A stretch of DNA of 58,687 bases from Thermodesulfobacteriota bacterium (GCA_049684675.1 JBAVGF010000308.1:1-58687), one strand, 5' to 3'. Shown: positions 1 through 10,218, counted from the stretch's first letter. Notes: generated by a model not told the origin, from the sequence alone. Translations and numbers: made by a program.

Positions 1-3000
1 TTTGGAGGAAGTCCTTTTTCTTGTTTTGTATAGGTGCTTTGGCGATCTCTGAGGAAGTGGCAGAGGTATTTTCTTGCCCCCAAGTTTCACTCCATCGCAC
101 CAAGCTCTTGCATTTTGAAACATTTGAATCCATGGGGATTCCTTGACCCCATCGTTCAGATCACCGGGACACCACGGCCATTGCCATTTCAAGAAGGATC
201 GCTCCGGATGCGGCATCATTGCCAGATGTCGCCCGTCGGGCGTACAAAGTCCCGTTATACCGAAAGGTGATCCATTTGGATTAAAAGGATAGCCTTTTGA
301 AACCTTTCCATCCATCCGACCTTCATCATCGACGAAGGCGACCGGAATAAGTTTTCGGCTGATGACCTCGTCCATCAAGGCTGGGTCGGGGAAATGAAGT
401 CTGCCTTCGCCGTGGGCGACCCATATTCCGAGTGTCGAATCGGTCATGCCTTTAAACATGATCGCCGCACTCTCCAAAATCTTGACCGTTACCCAGCGAG
501 ATTCAAACCGGCCGGAGGTATTTTGAACGAACCTGGGTTGCTGAGGATCGGGGATCCCCCGCCAGGGTACCCATCCGAGGAGTGCGAAGAGCTGACAGCC
601 GTTGCACACACCTAAAGAAAATGTATCCGACCTGTGATAGAAATCGTCGAATATTTTCCTCAGCCTTTCATTGAATCGGATCGCTGCAGCCCATCCTTTG
701 GCGCTTTCTGGAACATCGGCGTAGGAAAATCCTCCAACCGAAACGAGCCCTCTGAAGCGGTCGAGCGTCATTCGTCCACTAATCAGGTCGGTCATGGTGA
801 CGTCCCAAGGGCTGAACCCTGCCTGATAAAAAGCAGCCGTCATCTCACGGTCACCATTGCTTCCTTCTTCCCGGAGAATGGCAACTGCCGGCTTGTTCTT
901 GGCCTCGAGAATAGGTCGTGGTGTCGGTTTGGGCTTAAAAGGAATCACATATCTTGGTCCTTTGCGGTCGAAGATATTTTTTCGCTCCTCGTCCGCACAT
1001 TGAGAATTCATCTGAAGGCGCTCGATGTGATAGGACGTCTCTTCCCACCATCCGCGGATGATACGCATGTCAGACTCAAGAACCTTTTGCGAATGATAGG
1101 TCACAAGAATCTTCTTTTCCTCTCTCGTCTCTCCGATAATGCTCGGGCTTAGATGAAAGGAATAAAGAATTTCCAAGACTTTCCGAACGTCATTCACATG
1201 ACACTCGACGACGGCTCCCAATTCTTCAGCAAAAAGCCTTTCAAGGGGACTCCACGGACCTTCCATTCGGATTCTCAAGCCGCAATTTCCTGCAAAGGCC
1301 ATTTCCAGAAGCGTCGTGATGATGCCTCCATCGCTGATGTCATGTCCTGCGAGAATTAAATTCTCTGAGATCAACTTCTGGATTGCACTGAAGGCATGCT
1401 TCAGCATTTCGGGATCATCCACGTCGGGAGATTCGTTCCCGACTTGTCCATAAACCTGCGCCAGAGCCGAACCTCCAAGCCGGGCTTGTTGCTTGGAGAT
1501 GTCAATGAAAATGAGTTGGCTGTGCCCTGGACCTTTGATATCTGGAGCAACCACCTTCGTGATATCGGGCATCGTCGCATAAGCAGAAATAACAAGCTCA
1601 CGCGGAGATTTCACGATGTCGTCTCCAACACGAGTCGCCATGGAAAGACTATCTTTTCCGCCATCCACTGCAATCCCCAACTGGATCATCAGATCCCGCA
1701 TCGCGCACGCCGCATCGTAAAGGGCTGCCCCTTCGCCGGGAAGTTTGGGTGCCCACATCCAATTGGCCGAACACTTTATATCTTGCAAGCGACTGATTTG
1801 GGCCCACACGATGTTGGTCAGCGCTTCTCCAACGGCCATCCGGGCGCCCGCCTTGGGATCGACCAGCATTTTAACCGGTTGCTCGCCAACCGAAGTCACT
1901 GCTCCCGTCAATCCGAAATGGCTTTGGGCGATCACTGCCAAATCGCCAACCGTGAGTTGAAGCGGGCCGCAACATTGCTGTCGCGCAATCAATCCAGTCA
2001 CACTACGATCCACCTTATTGGTAAGGAATCTCTTTGAACCGACGGCAAGGTTGCGAAGCACGCGGGACAACGCCTCTTCCACCGACAAATCAGCCGGCAA
2101 TTCAAGAGGTGTGAGTGAATGTTCACTCTTCTCATTCTTGAAAGTCTTCTGCGGCATGTTGCCCAGAACTTTGGCCAGATTGAGATTGACGGGCGTTGAA
2201 CCATCTTTCTCATCGTGGACAACGAAGCGGCCGTCTCCTGTCACTTCTCCGAGGATTTCGCAATTGACCTTTTCCCTTTTGCAGACGGATTTGAATTCTT
2301 CCATTCTCTTCGGGTGAATCAAGAAACCGCATCGCTCCTGGTATTCGGCGATCCAAATTTTGAGGACGGATAAGGTCGGATCGCCAAGTTTGATGCGCCT
2401 CAGTTCGATTTTGCCTCCGGCCTTTTCGACAAGCTCCTTCAGGACATTGGCAGGTCCGCCGGCTCCCTGATCGTGGACACTGACGATAGGATTATGATCG
2501 CCCATCTCGATGCAAGCTCTGATGACGCGGTTCATCTTTTGTTCCATTTCCGCATCGCCGCGCTGGACCGCATTAAAATCAAGCTCTTCTTCATTCTCGC
2601 CTTGAAGCTTACTTGAAGCCGAACCTCCGCTGACACCAATACCGTAAGCGGGACCACCCACCTGAACGATCAGCAATCCCTTTTTTGCCTCGCCCTTTTC
2701 AGTATGACTATCATCAATTTGTCCGATGCCCCCTGTGAACATGATCGGCTTGATCCATGCCCACCGCTCGCCACTCGGAAACTTTTGGTCAAAGGATCTT
2801 GTAAAGCCAACAATGACGGGCTCTCCGAACTTGTTACCGTAATCGCTCGCCCCGTCGCTTGCTCTGATTTCGATCGTGAGAGGAGATGCCAGATTCGACA
2901 GATAGACAGAATCCTTGTCTTCCCAAGGAAGATCGTAGCCTGGGATCAGCAAGTTGGCGACACAGTACGCCGCTGTCCCGGCAACCACCAAGCCTCCTTT

Positions 3001-3909
3001 TCCTGTCGCCTGGACATCGCGGATCCGTCCGCCCGTGCCGGTTTCAGCGCCGGGGAAAGGAGCCACGCCAGTGGGAAAATTGTGCGTCTCCGCAGTGAAA
3101 ATGATGTGGTACCGGACCTTCTGCTTCTTGAAGGGCGCTGGTTTCCCGGGTTGTTTTGGGAGAATCGTCCAGCAGTCATATCCCCTAATCCCGCTCGAAT
3201 TGTCGTTGAAGGCGATGATGCTGTTGGATGGATTCGCTTTTAAAGTCGACTTGACGATATCCAAAAGCGTTTCCGGCATCACCACACCGTCGATCACCTG
3301 CTTCCCTTTGAAATAGCCGTGCCGCGAGTGTTCGCTGTTGGCGTTATCCAGATCCCTTATTTCAACAATCGTAGGATTTCTTCCTTCTTCTTTGACAAAG
3401 TAATCATAGTAGAGATTTCTGTCCCACTCATCCATCGCAAGACCCGGTATTTCCAAAAGAGCGTTCGGGCCCTTTTCCAGCATAGGAATCTCGAAAACAG
3501 GTTCCGGCAGAATTCCGGTCTCAAACGTCTGCAAGGGCTGATCATAAAGGCATTCGGTCATCCGATCGTGATGCTCCCGAATAAAACGGCCAATATCAAC
3601 GTCTGAAGAAAGGAGATATCGCCGGGAACGTTCTATACGGGTCACTTTTTCGAGGCCGCAGGTTTGGCAAATGGCGACGATATTGGTTGAATAGGCCGTC
3701 GCGAAATTCATACGCGGGCCGAGTTCCACCACATGGCGTCCATCAGGGTTGACCGGTTTCGTAGATAGGCTTTCCGATACAAAACCGTCGGCTAAGAGCT
3801 GTCCTAAAATCAGAAGCTCATTCGAATTCAAAGGTGCGGAGGTTTCTACATTGAAGCAGTATTGGAGTGTCTCACTTTTGCCCAAGAAAAAGTGTAACAT
3901 CCCTGCCAT
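1..3909 (-). CDS. purL: Phosphoribosylformylglycinamidine (FGAM) synthase, single-chain large PurL; its 3' end runs off the left edge of the window
   Basis: Absent from the ORF track because this reverse frame has no stop inside the window. By hand translation, ATG 3909 gives MAGMLHFFLGKSETLQ; a second ATG at 3900 has AAGGA about 8 nt upstream. The reverse complement of 2641-2700 reads EKGEAKKGLLIVQVGGPAYG (PurL GGPA..IG region). The reverse complement of 601-621 reads FSLGVCN, followed by GCQ (glutaminase catalytic Cys block). The reverse complement of 1-130 reads WIQMFQNARAW... and is still open at base 1. No ORF is listed in this frame over 3.9 kb, which implies no internal stop. Confidence 0.9.
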   Translation of the reverse strand, partial: MAGMLHFFLGKSETLQYCFNVETSAPLNSNELLILGQLLADGFVSESLSTKPVNPDGRHVVELGPRMNFATAYSTNIVAICQTCGLEKVTRIERSRRYLLSSDVDIGRFIREHHDRMTECLYDQPLQTFETGILPEPVFEIPMLEKGPNALLEIPGLAMDEWDRNLYYDYFVKEEGRNPTIVEIRDLDNANSEHSRHGYFKGKQVIDGVVMPETLLDIVKSTLKANPSNSIIAFNDNSSGIRGYDCWTILPKQPGKPAPFKKQKVRYHIIFTAETHNFPTGVAPFPGAETGTGGRIRDVQATGKGGLVVAGTAAYCVANLLIPGYDLPWEDKDSVYLSNLASPLTIEIRASDGASDYGNKFGEPVIVGFTRSFDQKFPSGERWAWIKPIMFTGGIGQIDDSHTEKGEAKKGLLIVQVGGPAYGIGVSGGSASSKLQGENEEELDFNAVQRGDAEMEQKMNRVIRACIEMGDHNPIVSVHDQGAGGPANVLKELVEKAGGKIELRRIKLGDPTLSVLKIWIAEYQERCGFLIHPKRMEEFKSVCKREKVNCEILGEVTGDGRFVVHDEKDGSTPVNLNLAKVLGNMPQKTFKNEKSEHSLTPLELPADLSVEEALSRVLRNLAVGSKRFLTNKVDRSVTGLIARQQCCGPLQLTVGDLAVIAQSHFGLTGAVTSVGEQPVKMLVDPKAGARMAVGEALTNIVWAQISRLQDIKCSANWMWAPKLPGEGAALYDAACAMRDLMIQLGIAVDGGKDSLSMATRVGDDIVKSPRELVISAYATMPDITKVVAPDIKGPGHSQLIFIDISKQQARLGGSALAQVYGQVGNESPDVDDPEMLKHAFSAIQKLISENLILAGHDISDGGIITTLLEMAFAGNCGLRIRMEGPWSPLERLFAEELGAVVECHVNDVRKVLEILYSFHLSPSIIGETREEKKILVTYHSQKVLESDMRIIRGWWEETSYHIERLQMNSQCADEERKNIFDRKGPRYVIPFKPKPTPRPILEAKNKPAVAILREEGSNGDREMTAAFYQAGFSPWDVTMTDLISGRMTLDRFRGLVSVGGFSYADVPESAKGWAAAIRFNERLRKIFDDFYHRSDTFSLGVCNGCQLFALLGWVPWRGIPDPQQPRFVQNTSGRFESRWVTVKILESAAIMFKGMTDSTLGIWVAHGEGRLHFPDPALMDEVISRKLIPVAFVDDEGRMDGKVSKGYPFNPNGSPFGITGLCTPDGRHLAMMPHPERSFLKWQWPWCPGDLNDGVKESPWIQMFQNARAWCDGVKLGGKKIPLPLPQRSPKHLYKTRKRTSSK

Positions 3910-4026
3910 CCTTTCTTAACAAGAAAACAAAAGTGTCAGTGTGAGTGTCAGCAAATAGCTCAAGAAGTATCAGATCCTCGGCAAATGCTAATTTTCATGG
4001 CTCGATGGTGACTGCCGCCACGGGCA

Positions 4027-4692
4027 CTAGTAAAAGAGTCTTCGGGGCGTATCCCCTTTGTAAAGGACGTGACCATTGCTAAGGTAAATATGCCGGTGAG
4101 TGACCAAGTTTAGAATATAACTTTGCCAAGCACGTTCTTTTTCGTTAACCCTTTTAGCCAGTGACTCGGCATCATCCTCCGGTCTAATCAGTACTGGCAT
4201 TTGAAAGATAATCGGACCATGATCATAGGCTTTCTCGTCAACAAAATGCATGGTCACCGCGCTCTGAGTGATTTCGCCTCGACGATAGGCCGCCATGACG
4301 GCTTCGTGGACATAATGCCCGTACATCCTTACTCCGCCAAACCGTGGCAGGGGTCCTGGGTGTATATTTACGGTTCTGGCAGGTTCGAGTCCTCTTACAA
4401 ACTTCAACCACCCGGAGCACATCACAAAGTCAGCTTGATATTTTTCAACGATTGCCCGGTAAGCTTTCGCATCATAGGGTCCTGGCCAATGCTCAAAAGG
4501 AACATGAAGTGCATCCGCTTTTCTGCGAACTCCTCCATTTTCATGGTTAGAAATGACTCCGATGATTTGGGCGTCGAGGACCGGCGGATTCGTTCGGGAG
4601 AATTCGACCAATTCCTGGAACCCGGAGCCTCCCCCCCTGGGATCGCCACTCGCAAAAACTAAGACCTTGACAGTTCCTCCGTTTGACTCCAT
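4027..4692 (-). CDS. purN: Phosphoribosylglycinamide formyltransferase-like protein (formyltransferase N-terminal domain family)
   Basis: 221-aa ORF. The NIHPGPLPRFGG block resembles the NIHPSLLPxFxG formyltransferase active-site block. N-terminal VKVLVFASG.. fold. Lies directly upstream of purL on the same strand. Confidence 0.75.
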   Translation of the reverse strand: MESNGGTVKVLVFASGDPRGGGSGFQELVEFSRTNPPVLDAQIIGVISNHENGGVRRKADALHVPFEHWPGPYDAKAYRAIVEKYQADFVMCSGWLKFVRGLEPARTVNIHPGPLPRFGGVRMYGHYVHEAVMAAYRRGEITQSAVTMHFVDEKAYDHGPIIFQMPVLIRPEDDAESLAKRVNEKERAWQSYILNLVTHRHIYLSNGHVLYKGDTPRRLFY

Positions 4693-4931
4693 AGTCCCTC
4701 CGCTTTAGGAATGTGGATCTTATGGCCATCGACTCACCTTTCCGGTGTTATTAAACGGAAAAAGCTACCCCCCTGTTCCTGCTTCGCTATCCACATAAGC
4801 AGGATAAATCATTTGTGAAAAAAGTCAACCCAGCCGCTACCAGATCGGTGATGCCCAAACCCTCTTCCACATCCGCCGCATAGTAATTCCAAGCATCTAC
4901 GGATTAAGAATTGAGTGAAGATTGGGATTTA

Positions 4932-5036
4932 ACCGGCAGGTGCCCCGCAAGCCCTGCCTTGTAGGCGGGGTCAAGGGGCACAACGAAAATAGTATTTCTT
5001 TTCCGGGAAGCCCCGCCCTGTGGGCGGGGAGCTTCA
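4932..5036 (+). repeat. Intergenic two-hairpin repeat element, copy A (REP-like)
   Basis: Two GC-rich hairpins share a 22-nt core: AAGCCCTGCCTTGTAGGCGGGG at 4949-4970 and AAGCCCCGCCCTGTGGGCGGGG at 5008-5029. The whole ~105-nt unit aligns with 51765-51887: ACCGGCA(G/A)GTGCCCC ... GTAGGCGGGGTCAAGGGGCA(C)AAC ... TTTTC(C)GGGAAGCCCCG.CC.. ..GGGA(A)GCTTCA. Confidence 0.65.
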
Positions 5037-5294
5037 CTATTGACTTTCACGATATCTGTCGACTTTCTATGAATTTTCCAATCTCGAGCGAAGAAGTCTT
5101 TCTATTTTGTGAGACTCAACGAGAAGCCTTAGTCGTTGTGATGTGGGGGGCAGAGTTTGCCTGATTGCCATGAGCGAAGCCGTATACCAAAGAGAAAAAG
5201 AGAAAAAGATGAATTGCAGCTTTGTAAGACTCACTGCCCCTGGGAGGACAGCCTGCTGGACGTCGCAGCCTGTCGTCTTCTCAGAGGCGCTTAT

Positions 5295-5513
5295 TCACAC
5301 CGGACTTCGTCCGAGCCTCAGGTCCTTCAGCATATCTTCGATCATCCTTACATGCTTGTTCTCTTCATCTTTGAGCTTTTCGAGCAATCTCCTTACCGTA
5401 TCGATTCGACACTGCTCTGCGAGTCCAGCGTAGAACTCACGGGACCGCCGCTCCTTTGTTAAAGCGGCGTTCAGTATCTGATCTGGAGTGCTCAAAGGTC
5501 GGGTATGGTGCAT
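5295..5513 (-). CDS. Small ferritin-like / rubrerythrin-like helical protein (weak assignment)
   Basis: 72-aa ORF. The helical E/H-rich pattern REFYAGLAEQ...LKDEENKHVRMIEDML resembles one ExxH half-site of ferritin-like diiron proteins. No other support. Confidence 0.45.
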   Translation of the reverse strand: MHHTRPLSTPDQILNAALTKERRSREFYAGLAEQCRIDTVRRLLEKLKDEENKHVRMIEDMLKDLRLGRSPV

Positions 5514-5816
5514 GCCGTCGCCTCCTTTCGGCTTTTCTTCCGCTCGAACATTGTTTTTTTGTCCTTCTCCAATTTTTCCATAAAGCTCAGATCCCCATTG
5601 GAATAATATTATACAGAATCCATTAAAGATGAATGATTCGGAGGGACCTCGCGCGTATCGTCATGATCAAATATGGCTGGTAATATACACCCTTCTTAAA
5701 GTTTAAGTAAGTGAAATATGAGTCAGAGGATGTCGGTTGATACTCCTTCATTTAACGCGGGAACATCTGCGAAATTTGTGCTTGACATCTTCAAATGAAA
5801 TAGCGAAGGTGTTTCT

Positions 5817-7427
5817 ATGTCTTCATTCCTCGTCCGCGGTGCGTTGGTAATCGATGGTTCCGGGGGAGAACCCTTTCGAAGCGATATCGCCGTTAAGAAT
5901 GGATTGATTACAGAGGTCTCACCGTCAATAAAAGGTGGAGGAAAAGCGGTCATCGAAGCGGATGGGCTCGTGGCCGCCCCGGGTTTTATCGATATCCACT
6001 CCCATACCGATTTCACCATCTTTAAACACCCCCTTGCCGAAAGCAAGGCATTGCAGGGAGTGACGACCGAGGTGATCGGTAATTGTGGAATCGGTGCCTT
6101 TCCCGTGAATCCTGAGCGAAGGGCTGTCCTTTTCGACTACCTGAAAGTGCATGAATTTCATCTCCCTTCCGATGGGTTAAGCTGGAGTAATTTCACCCAA
6201 TACGCAAACCAGTTGGACCGTATCGGTCTCGGGCTAAATTTAGCTCCCTTAGCGGCCCATGGGGCGCTGCGCATAGCCGTTTTAGGCGCGGAAGATCGCA
6301 TCCCTAGTAATGAAGAACTTGAAAGGATGAAGAACCTCCTGGCCGATTCCCTCGAACAGGGGGCCTGGGGACTCTCCACGGGCTTGATCTATCCGCCGGG
6401 AAGTTTTGCCAAGACAGAAGAACTGGAGGCCCTCGCTAAAATCGTAGCCCGTTATGGAGCTATCTACACCAGTCACATCCGAGGCGAAGGGGTCACACTG
6501 ATGGAGGCTCTGGACGAAGCCGTTCGCATCGGAAGAAAAGGGGGTGTCAGAGTAGAAGTCTCTCATTTAAAAGCGCTAGGGAAAGACAACTGGGGCCGGG
6601 GAAGGGAAGCCCTTTTAAAATTAGAAAAGGCGCGTCGGGACGGGGTGGATATTTCCGCCGATCAATATCCCTACGAAGCGACAAGCACTTCGCTGACCGC
6701 TTTGGTTCCCCCATGGGCTCATGCAGGCGGCGTCGGCGAGCTTTTAAAGAGGCTCGCTTCTCCTAAGACGGCAGAACGACTTCAGGCAGAGATTCTTCGC
6801 GAAATCGACCAGCGAGGCGGCCCGAGTCGGATTGTCATTGCCGGAATAGGCTCGGCAAAGAATATCAGTCTCTCCGGAAAAAATGTTGGCCAGATCGCTG
6901 AACTCTGGAATTGCCCACCGGAAATAGCCGTGAAGCGACTTCTCTTGGAGGAAGAGGCAGCCGTGGGAGCGGTCTATTTCTCATTATGGGATGAAGATGT
7001 GGCTGCCATCCTCTCCAGCGATCAGGTGTCCGTCGGTTCGGATGGGATGGGGATGAAAGCAGAAGAAGATTTCGGAAAATCAACCCATCCTCGCTCCTAC
7101 GGGACATTTCCCAGGATACTGGGCGTCTATGTACGGGAAAAGGGAACCCTCTCCATGGCAAGAGCCATTCATAAAATGACAGGACTGGTTGCCGGCCGGG
7201 TGGGATTAAAAGACCGCGGCTTGATCAAACCGGGATTTACGGCAGATCTGGTCTTGTTCGATCCCCTCACGATTCAAGATCGATCGACCTTTGATCGTCC
7301 CCATCAGTACGCTACCGGTGTGGTCTACACATGGGTTAACGGTTGCCCTACCGTTCAAGAGGGAGTCGTCACGGGGAATTCACCGGGAAAGGTTTTGCGG
7401 AAAAGAGGGGTTTCATCCCATTCATGA
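5817..7427 (+). CDS. N-acyl-D-amino-acid deacylase (D-aminoacylase) family amidohydrolase
   Basis: 536-aa ORF. N-terminal metal motif PGFIDIHSHTD. The length and C-terminal GRVGLKDRGLIKPGFTADLVLFDP block are typical of the D-aminoacylase family. Confidence 0.8.
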   Translation: MSSFLVRGALVIDGSGGEPFRSDIAVKNGLITEVSPSIKGGGKAVIEADGLVAAPGFIDIHSHTDFTIFKHPLAESKALQGVTTEVIGNCGIGAFPVNPERRAVLFDYLKVHEFHLPSDGLSWSNFTQYANQLDRIGLGLNLAPLAAHGALRIAVLGAEDRIPSNEELERMKNLLADSLEQGAWGLSTGLIYPPGSFAKTEELEALAKIVARYGAIYTSHIRGEGVTLMEALDEAVRIGRKGGVRVEVSHLKALGKDNWGRGREALLKLEKARRDGVDISADQYPYEATSTSLTALVPPWAHAGGVGELLKRLASPKTAERLQAEILREIDQRGGPSRIVIAGIGSAKNISLSGKNVGQIAELWNCPPEIAVKRLLLEEEAAVGAVYFSLWDEDVAAILSSDQVSVGSDGMGMKAEEDFGKSTHPRSYGTFPRILGVYVREKGTLSMARAIHKMTGLVAGRVGLKDRGLIKPGFTADLVLFDPLTIQDRSTFDRPHQYATGVVYTWVNGCPTVQEGVVTGNSPGKVLRKRGVSSHS

Positions 7428-7457
7428 AAGCTTGTTTGATGAAAGGAGGATGACCCG

Positions 7458-8768
7458 ATGGGAGCAGAAGCTGGATTCAACATATGGTGGGGCTTACTGG
7501 GCCTTTTACCCCTCGTGGTTTATATCATCCTCGTTTTCCGGGATGTGGATCCCCTTCCAGCCACAGCGATTTGCGTCCTGATCGGAGCGATCCTGACGCA
7601 CCAGAGCCTCATTTCCTTTGGTGAGGTCTTGGCCAAGGCGATGGGTTCTTTTCTGGCATTGGTTGGTTTGATTATCATGCTTGGCCGCGGGCTGGGGGAA
7701 GTCCTGACGGAAACCAAGGTCAGTCACACCCTTGTCCATAAGATTATTTTTGGAATCGGGATCGATACGGAAAAGAAGGCCATGCTTGGAATCATGCTCG
7801 CCTGTATGGTGGTCATCGGCCTCTTGGGGACGATGGCAGGAGGCAATGCGATTCTTGCTCCGATCGTCTTGCCCATTGCCGCCTCCGTGGGATTGTCGCG
7901 GAGCACGGTGGCCGTTATCTTTCAAGCCGTGGGAGAGGAGGCCTTGATCCTCGGACCTTTTACACCCCCGGTCGTGACCCTTCTCGGTTTAACCAAAATT
8001 GGCTATGGCGAGATGATATTATTTGCTGCCGGGCCTATTGCTCTGATCACATTGACTGCGTCCTGGTTCATGCTCCAGAGGATCCAGAGGCGAACAAAAG
8101 AGATCAACCCCTATGAACGTTTAGAGGGCGTAGAACGGTTTGTCCCGACCCCCCGGAGCAAGCGGGCGACGAAAACCTTTGCCGTTCTCTTTCTTGCGGC
8201 AGTCGCTTACGGGATCATCGCTAAAGCGGCAACCTCTTATGTGATCGTAGTCATGCTGGGACTTGCCGTGACTACCGGCCTGGTGGGTGGATTAAAGTTT
8301 GATCATATCCTTAAACTGATTGTGAAGGGGATGGCTGGAAATGTGGGGCTCTTCTTTCTCTTCGTGATTCTTGACCCCTTCATCAATTTTATAGAGCTTG
8401 CCGGAGGTTTTAAGGCCCTGACAGTCATTTTTAAACCTTTGGTCGATCTCGGGGGAAAGACAGCCATCGTTATCCTGGGGGGCCTCATCGGAGCTTTCGG
8501 TATTTCAGGAGCCACGGTGGCAACGCTCAATGTGCTCCATTCCATGTTTAACCCATTGCTGAACAAGCTGGGTGTTTCTATGCTGGCCTGGTCCGTGGCA
8601 CTGATCGTCGCGACAAGAGTGAGCAATTTCATTTACCCAGGGGCCAACATGTTCAGCTCCTTGGGATTTGCCGAGACGAAAGACATCAAATCCATGTTGA
8701 AAAACGGCTGGGTCGTCGCGGCTTGCCAGACCCTTTTCTTGGTCATTTACAGCCTGCTTCTTGCATGA
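7458..8768 (+). CDS. Polytopic membrane permease (ion-transporter superfamily, NhaC/GntP/DcuC-like; exact family not resolved)
   Basis: 436-aa ORF, hydrophobic throughout with about 11-12 predicted TM segments. Starts 30 nt after the D-aminoacylase gene, so it is probably co-transcribed. Confidence 0.65.
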   Translation: MGAEAGFNIWWGLLGLLPLVVYIILVFRDVDPLPATAICVLIGAILTHQSLISFGEVLAKAMGSFLALVGLIIMLGRGLGEVLTETKVSHTLVHKIIFGIGIDTEKKAMLGIMLACMVVIGLLGTMAGGNAILAPIVLPIAASVGLSRSTVAVIFQAVGEEALILGPFTPPVVTLLGLTKIGYGEMILFAAGPIALITLTASWFMLQRIQRRTKEINPYERLEGVERFVPTPRSKRATKTFAVLFLAAVAYGIIAKAATSYVIVVMLGLAVTTGLVGGLKFDHILKLIVKGMAGNVGLFFLFVILDPFINFIELAGGFKALTVIFKPLVDLGGKTAIVILGGLIGAFGISGATVATLNVLHSMFNPLLNKLGVSMLAWSVALIVATRVSNFIYPGANMFSSLGFAETKDIKSMLKNGWVVAACQTLFLVIYSLLLA

Positions 8769-9080
8769 ATGAGGGCTTCATACATCTTGGTACCTTCCCC
8801 TCGTCCCCGATCGGCAGAGGCCTTTTTTCCAATTCCCATTTCATCCACTTGCACCGAAGACCTTACGCCGATTAATAGGCCAATTCTGGCTGCAGGTCGG
8901 TTGCCTGTGACAAATTTGGCCACCCTCCTGTAAATATGTCGATCAATATGGAAGGTAGAAATCCACGTAGTTGTATTAAGTCTTTGAAATCATATATGTA
9001 TATTCACGCAGACCCTTTGGCTTAATTTTTGCTTAAATTTAAATAAGGTTCGGATACAAGAATTTTGGGTGGAATCGAAG

Positions 9081-9554
9081 ATGAATCTTAATAGAATTAG
9101 AAAATTGTTTGTTCCTCTTGCAACTATATTCATCCTGCTGTCTATGGGTGGAAATGTTTCGCCCGTCTATGCCTCCCCAACGATTGCAACCGTTCAGAAG
9201 GCGAGTGGAATGGCGGCGATTGTCAGACAAGGGCGGACGATATCTGCAACCGTCGGCCTAAAGATATGGGAAAATGATACACTTCGCACCGGTCCTGACG
9301 GATTCATTGGTGTGATATTTAGTGACGAGACTCTTTTGTCATTGGGACCAGAGAGCGCCTTGGTCATTGATAGGTTTGTGTTTGCTCCAAGGGAAGGAAA
9401 ATTCTCGATCGTTCTCAGGATGATAAGGGGAACTGCAGCCTATCTTTCGGGGCTCATCTCCAAGCTTGCACCGGACTCAGCACATTTTGAAACCCCCACT
9501 GCTTCCATAGGCATTAGAGGAACGAGATTCGTCGTGAGGGTCGAAGGGAAGTAG
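9081..9554 (+). CDS. Secreted FecR-domain protein
   Basis: Signal peptide MNLNRIRKLFVPLATIFILLSMGGNVSPVYA, then a FecR-like block (ATVQKASGMAAIVRQGRTISATVGLKIWENDTLRTGPDGFIGVIFSDETLLSLGPESALVI). I use ATG 9081 rather than the track's GTG at 9069. Confidence 0.7.
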   Translation: MNLNRIRKLFVPLATIFILLSMGGNVSPVYASPTIATVQKASGMAAIVRQGRTISATVGLKIWENDTLRTGPDGFIGVIFSDETLLSLGPESALVIDRFVFAPREGKFSIVLRMIRGTAAYLSGLISKLAPDSAHFETPTASIGIRGTRFVVRVEGK

Positions 9555-9594
9555 GCAAAGAGACGCCCGCCACTCAAGAAAACTGAGAATACAG

Positions 9595-10218
9595 ATGATG
9601 CAGCGGAGAAATGTTCTTTTTGTTTTGATCTTTTTTTGCCTTCTAAGTGGATGTGCTGCACACCGAACGAAGCGAGATCTGATCGTCCTCTTACCTGATC
9701 CGGATGGCAAGGGAGGTGTCATCACGGTGACAACCCAGGGGGGCTCTCAGATACTTGACAAGCCTGGATACGGAATCGAATTTGAAGATCCCAATAAGCC
9801 GCCGGTTGCTCCCAAACCCGTAGAAGAAAAAGAAATCAACGATGTCTTTGCACCAGCCCTCTCGGTGCTACCGGATCCAGCGAGCCGATTTATCTTATTC
9901 ATTCTGTACTTTGAGAGCAATACAACTAAACTCACCCTTGAATCCAACCACTTACTGGCCGAAGTCCAGAAGACTATTAAAAGCCGTCGATCAAACGAAG
10001 TGTACGTAGTGGGTCATACTGATCTTGTGGGAACAGAGGCTTACAACGACAGACTCTCCTCAAGGAGGGCGAACTACGTCCGAGATCTGCTCGTTTCGAG
10101 CGGCGTCAAACCGAAATCGCTGTTCGTTTCATTTTACGGCAAAGCAAGGCCCTTGGTGCCTACCAAAGATGAAGTCCCCGAACCCCTTAACAGGAGAGTC
10201 GAAGTCATTGTCAGATAA
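9595..10218 (+). CDS. OmpA/MotB-domain lipoprotein
   Basis: Lipobox LLSGC near the N-terminus. The C-terminal OmpA-like peptidoglycan-binding domain reads VVGHTDLVGTEAYNDRLSSRRANYVRDLL...NRRVEVIV. Confidence 0.85.
   Translation: MMQRRNVLFVLIFFCLLSGCAAHRTKRDLIVLLPDPDGKGGVITVTTQGGSQILDKPGYGIEFEDPNKPPVAPKPVEEKEINDVFAPALSVLPDPASRFILFILYFESNTTKLTLESNHLLAEVQKTIKSRRSNEVYVVGHTDLVGTEAYNDRLSSRRANYVRDLLVSSGVKPKSLFVSFYGKARPLVPTKDEVPEPLNRRVEVIVR

Noticed and set aside
34-3606. About fifteen plus-strand and short minus-strand ORFs (60-213 aa) listed in the track across the first 3.6 kb.
   Set aside because: They all overlap the single uninterrupted reverse-frame PurL ORF, which has clear family motifs. 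They have no motifs or ribosome-binding sites and are shadow ORFs.
4949-5029. Two similar ~22-nt GC-rich palindromic cores 59 nt apart, superficially like type I CRISPR repeats (CCCCGCC..GGCGGGG stem).
   Set aside because: There are only two units. Their flanks are not conserved as a repeat, there is no array, leader or cas genes, and the same hairpin occurs singly elsewhere. They are better explained as a REP-like family.
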